Positions 59,401 to 64,000 of a stretch of 64,000 bases of DNA are shown one piece after another. The stretch is from Macrostomum lignano. Lineage: Eukaryota. Position 1 is the stretch's first letter; each line of letters begins with the position of its first letter. The stretch covers positions 62,001 to 126,000 of the forward strand of contig NIVC01001192.1 of the NCBI GenBank assembly GCA_002269645.1, in the 5' to 3' direction. Under the pieces are notes generated by a model. It ran no database searches. It was not told where the DNA came from and worked only from the letters and a program-made list of their open reading frames with translations. The position numbers and the translations under genes were made by a program.

Positions 59401-61328
59401 TCCGAATTCTTCTTACTTCCACTGATGTCGTTTCCGGCCGGTATCTGTCGTTCGGACCAATCAGAAGCTTCGTATGAACAATAGGGATCCCTGCGCCGTA
59501 ATGCGGGTTTCAGTTAAGCCTTCTCATTCTAGCAGTGCCTTAATGCACTCTAGGTATAGCTCCGGTAATCACTGATAGTCCTCTAAGATCTATCTGGAGT
59601 AAGGCTCCTTCTGGAGACTACAACCAATGGAGTCTCAAATAGACTCTAGAGTCTCAACAGACTCAAACACAACAAAAGTAATAAGTCGAATCAAACACCT
59701 GGCGCAAATGAGTAAGGCTTACCGCAAGAACTCGACCGAGTCTCGATTGACTTAGTCTTCAGGAAGTCCCCTAAGGCTTCCTCTTCGGAGCGTCTCCTTC
59801 TGGAGGTTCGGTTGTTGGCTCCTGGTCCGCTTCGGACCACTTGTATTTATAGGCAAACGGACCCCTTTCGAGGTCGTCCATCATATTTTCGTAAATGTCA
59901 AAGGGTCACGCTTTGGTTGCTGTCAAGCATGACAGGGTAGAAAGTTAAGCCATTAGTCTAGTGTAAGCGCGCGTGATTAGTTACCGTAGCAGGGTTATTT
60001 TTAGTTACCTTTGATTGGTTCATCCGGGTGCAAGCCGAATGATGAATCGCAGGTGGGGTTTACACTTGACAGTTGTAGGTCACACGTGATTGGTCGGTTG
60101 CAAGTAGTGTTGTAAGTAGTACTTACTATACTACTGAGTAAAACTTAAGAGTAATATGTTAAAAGTTTTTATGACTTTGCGGGAGGTAAAGCACTCTACA
60201 CAGTAACTGACACCGTCAGCAAATCGGTGGTGCTCAAAAACTACGTTGACCCAGAACACCAGACGAACCTATTCAAAGATCACTGCGAAATGGAGCTGGC
60301 TCTCCTTGGATAAAAACTCGGCGATATTTTTGTCGACTCCCTCTTGACTTATTAAAACTGTAAAGCGTATTTTAACTTTTACGGAGTTTCAGCCACAAAG
60401 AAAGTATGAAGAGGGAGGGCATGCGCAGTGTGTTTTACTCAGTTTGATTACGCACCTGAACTGACCGCTACTAGTCGTCTCAAAATTTTATTTAAAATAA
60501 TTTATGAAATTCCCACATTTTCACAAGCATTAGTCCAAAAACTCTTGAAGCGCTTGTAGTAGCTTTAATTTTTAATTTTTTAGACATTGACAGAAGCCGT
60601 GAGTTCCCATTTGAGTCTCCGCTGTCCCTGGTCGGCAGAAAGATGTGGACCGGCTACTTTGTGGATCTGCCAGCCCAGAGCCCCGTCAATGGCGCCCTGT
60701 TTATGAACCCGGCTAAGAAATGCTGTCAGGAGAGGCGAAATATGACTGTGTGAGTTACCTTATAAAATATTTATCTCAGTTTTGTTAGAGCCTTGCCTTG
60801 AATTTTGCTAAGGTCATCAGTTATTGTCCTATTTATACGTATTTTAGCTACATCAGTAGCACTATTAAACAGGCTGTGGAGCCAGTTTGTGCCGTTGCCA
60901 TGGTGATTACTAGTGGTTCCCGTGTGAATTTCACCTGCGAATCGTTGAGCTTAAAGCTACCAGCTCTGATCGAGTTCAAGCAGATTCCCACCATCAAAGG
61001 CGACACGCATCCGCAACTGTTCACCACTTGCGACACGATGCCTGAGAAGCAGCTCGACACGAGTTCCGCACCGACAACAACTGTTACTACAGCCGAGCCT
61101 CAGTCTACAAAGACTGTCATTATTATCGTGGTAGTTGTCTTGTTGGTCGCTATTTTAATCGCCGTAATTGTCGTTGCCATTGTAATATTCTTCAAAAGAA
61201 GAGCCAACCCGCAAAGCGGTGGCCAAACTGAAGCTGAGACTCCTGCTGGACCGGAGAAAGTGCCTCTGAATGCACGCGGAGAGGATGGGGAGGCTTCTCA
61301 GCCGAGCAAGATCGACCCGACAGTCTGA
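56428..61328 (+). CDS. paralog C: signal peptide - CUB-like - atypical CTLD - Thr-rich stalk - TM protein, 7 exons, 443 aa
   Basis: join(56428-56473, 56993-57081, 57458-57665, 57896-57971, 58053-58318, 60584-60749, 60848-61328) = 1332 nt, in frame; same phases; TM VIIIVVVVLLVAILIAVIVVAIVIFF followed by KRR; AATAAA at 61438. Confidence 0.87.
56547..56821. mobile_element. MITE in paralog C intron 1
   Basis: Perfect 23-bp inverted repeat TGTCAACTTGAGCTCATAAAGTG (56555-56577) / CACTTTATGAGCTCAAGTTGACA (56791-56813), extending imperfectly to about 60 bp. Confidence 0.8.
58571..58646. repeat. 15-bp x~5 repeat (GGATACATAAGAGGT)
   Basis: Seen directly. Confidence 0.85.
58704..58988 (+). mobile_element. 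SINE family 1 copy in paralog C intron 5
   Basis: GGGGCTGTAGCCCAGTGGTTAGAGC...GGTTCGATTTCC tRNA-like head (A and B boxes) followed by the shared body. Confidence 0.88.
59132..60200 (-). mobile_element. possible solo-LTR-like insertion in paralog C intron 5
   Basis: On the minus strand it begins TGTA and ends TACA, with CTATAAATA (~59850) upstream of AATAAA (~59310); no TSD found. Confidence 0.3.
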
Positions 61329-63563
61329 AAGTCATATTGACGCGAAAGAAGTTGAAAACGAATCGTTTGAATTAGTTTGTTAATTTTAGCTTAACAGTTT
61401 ATTGCTGTGTTGTATGCTTATACATAAAAATTAAGAAAATAAAACCCCGTGGAGTGTTGCTGATTTTTCTGATTATTATAGTTTACCGTTGTATTAGCAT
61501 CATGACGCACCGGTTTTCAAGCTTAGACCTTCGATTGTAATATTAACATTGACTATATTTTATTCATATTAGTTTATTCTATATTTACGTTAAGCGTTTT
61601 CTCTGGTCCTCACGCAAAACAACTGAGGCCCCAAAACGCAAAAGCAATCAAACATTTGATTCCTTGATTTCAACTTTTGGTCGCAGTGTTTTTGCGTTTG
61701 GGGACGAAGGCACGAGTTTGTCTGAATTTAGGCCACTAGTTAGATGCTTTTTCGGCCAGTTGTCCAAACGCGTCTACTAATGACCGAAATTCGGACACTC
61801 GTGCCCTCGGCCTCACCGTCAACCTGCAACCGGCCACTTTTTGTTGACTTGGACAAGTGGCCGAAGAAGCGTCTACACTTTATTAGTTGCCGAAATTGGG
61901 ATATTTTCGGCCTCTTTCCGTACACTTACAACTAGCCATTTATTTCGGCACATGGTCGCCACGGATCACGGCTTGGAATCTAAACAAAACTTTGAGTGAA
62001 GTTCGTGTAATTTATATATTCATTTTCTGTATAATGCCTACTATATTTTACCATTTTACATTTTATCTTACTTTTTACCCCTTTTTATTGTAACTTGGGA
62101 TTTTCTATAGCACTATAGAGTGTTATTTTATAACTTTTGCTAACCTGACCATTTTTAAAACACACTTTATGGGCTCTTACATGCCTTATCTATCTTTATG
62201 AATGTAGATATTGAAGATAATTTAGCCTGATAAATCGCTTGCGCAATTTAGCGTCTGACACCTCGTATCCAAAATTATCTTATTTATGTGTCTTGATGTA
62301 ACCGCCCTTGTCGCCTGTCCGCTCCGTAGAGAGACGAACGCATGACTAGAGGGGGCAATGACCGTAGGCTGCCTATTACCGGGCAATGACCTGACGGACC
62401 TCCAGCACCAGACTGTCCCGCCCACATGATTGATAGCTTTGGTAGCGCTTTGTGACCAGAGGGCCAAGGACCCACATGGACCCCACCTGTAGCCAAGGTG
62501 CAATAGTTGGTCACTCGGTCATGGTATGACCGAGTGGCTGCCACCACTCTATGTGACCTGGCGCACCTGGATCTTACTACCAGACCTCTCGAGGCTAGAG
62601 CCCCGCCTGGGATGGTTACCAGGAGATTTAGGCTAACAGGGGAGACACATGCAGCCGAGTACAGGGACTCTTCTTGGGGCATGATCGGGAACTCTGGGCT
62701 CAATCTGGAGGATTTCTCAGCAGGGGATTCTTTGTGGCTGTGAGCGAGGCTGACTTGCGACTTTGATTACTAAGAGTAGTATGAGGCGAACATGTACTGT
62801 CTACAGTTTAGATTGCTCAGGGCGAAGGGACGCGTCAGCATGGGGTTGCAAACCTTCCTACTGCCATTCTGTGCCAAGACTCGCTAATCCCTCTACTGCA
62901 CGCACACACGGCCCCGCAGCACGCACTCACAGGCGGGCTTTGCACGGGGAGAGGCCATTAGCTTACCCAACTTCCTTATACTTTGCCACCCCGGGAGAAA
63001 GGCTTAGCAAGCCATGAGTGAAATGATGGTGAGGTTAGTTAATAGTTAATAATTTGGCCCTTAGGCAAATAATCAGGCAATTAGGCGGCTTCACTATTGA
63101 GTAAAAGTACAGCAAAAGATACGGTACCACGATTGGCTCAGCTCTCTAATCAAGTAATGGCAAAATAGGCAAACCCCGGATAAGCAGAGGCAATTAGAGC
63201 ACAAATTAGTAATAGGAACTTACCGGCAGCTGCACAGAGAGAGAGAGAGAGCGGCGGAGTGACCGAGGGCGGCTGTAGGCTGCAGTCAGGCAGACAGTGA
63301 AGCGACGAGGCGCTGATGTAGATCAGGCGATGCTGATGATGCTGGGCGGTATCAGACCGCTGGCCGATAGGCGAGCTCACTTGGGAGCTAAGGATAACTG
63401 GGCAGTATCAGACCGCGGGCCGGCAGAGGTTCGTCCTACAGACGAATAGGTCAGAGCTACGTCTGGCAGCGAGTCCACAGTAGGACGAGAAGGAACGCCC
63501 AAGCAAGAAAAGGAAAGGCCAGGACCGAGACCGAGTGAGGATTCACATGCCGAAAACCGCCTC

Positions 63564-63623
63564 CTTATATAGCCATCCCAGCCGCCGCTCCAAGGTCGTT
63601 TCCATGACTCCCTCTCTGATTGG
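63564..63623 (-). promoter_or_regulatory. candidate Pol II promoter (CCAAT box + TATA box) on the minus strand
   Basis: Minus strand CCAATC (63618-63623) about 50 nt upstream of CTATATAAG (63564-63572); downstream donor-like GTGAGC (~63378) and GTAAGT (~63220). Confidence 0.4.
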
Positions 63624-64000
63624 CTGCCGGCAGAATGACGCCAGAATGAGTCAAGATGAGAAGTATGAGAACGGCATAGCAACATGAGAAATGGGAGAAT
63701 TGCGCAATCCGGAGGTGGGCTGGGGGGGGGGGTAATTGGCGCAGCGGGAGGTCGCGAAAGTGTTGCGCAAGCAAACATTGAGAACAATGGGGCGGGGGTC
63801 GAGAACAAAGGAATTGGAAATCGGGGATAATTGTGGAGAACCGAAAACAATAGAAAAGCAAACATTGGGGAAAAGGTGATAATTAGGTGTGAAAATGAGA
63901 ACAATAGAAAGAGAAAATCGAAGAAAATGTGATAAATGGTGGAGGTAAAGAGAACAAAAGAATCAAAAACGAGAACAATAGAAGCGGAGGTGGGGTGGGT

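Noticed and set aside
60225-60245. Extra copy of receptor exon 4 (CGGTGGTGCTCAAA, RWCSK)
   Set aside because: Match of only about 12 nt, with no acceptor, donor or LWD motif.
62222-63017. DIRS/Penelope or viral ORF at the right end
   Set aside because: No RT, tyrosine-recombinase, GIY-YIG or capsid motif is recognisable in any frame.

Overview
Animal (intron-rich, minisatellite-rich) genomic window; no prokaryotic features, CRISPR arrays, rRNA or genuine tRNA genes. Coordinates and counts were read by eye; repeat boundaries are approximate. Six host genes can be reconstructed exon by exon. (1) A 5'-partial, apparently secreted protein with at least 12 TSP1 repeats, one SRCR domain and a C-terminal CASPR/neurexin-IV-type fibrinogen-like domain (700-16752, +). 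(2) An SLC9B/NHA cation/H+ antiporter (17437-20020, -). (3) Methionine aminopeptidase 1 (36954-38346, +). (4-6) Three tandem 7-exon paralogs encoding signal peptide + CUB-like + atypical C-type-lectin-like + single transmembrane proteins (44897-61328, +), none of which the ORF track shows as a whole gene. Mobile DNA: a near full-length LOA-like LINE with RNase H, a 5'-truncated relative with an 11-bp TSD, an RTE-type LINE with one frameshift, a CpG-eroded Gypsy pol relic, a 2.9-kb foldback element with ~0.85-0.9-kb inverted arms built from 187-bp repeats, two tRNA-headed SINE families, MITE-like elements and many intronic mini/microsatellites. Best candidates for undescribed biology: the CUB-CTLD receptor triplet (coordinated loss of the canonical CTLD disulfide, patchy gene conversion, shared splice acceptor just upstream of each ATG), the TSP1/SRCR/CASPR-like protein, and the foldback element with repeated GAGCA-NN-TGCTC palindromes. 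The style resembles a free-living flatworm such as Macrostomum, but that is an unverified impression.
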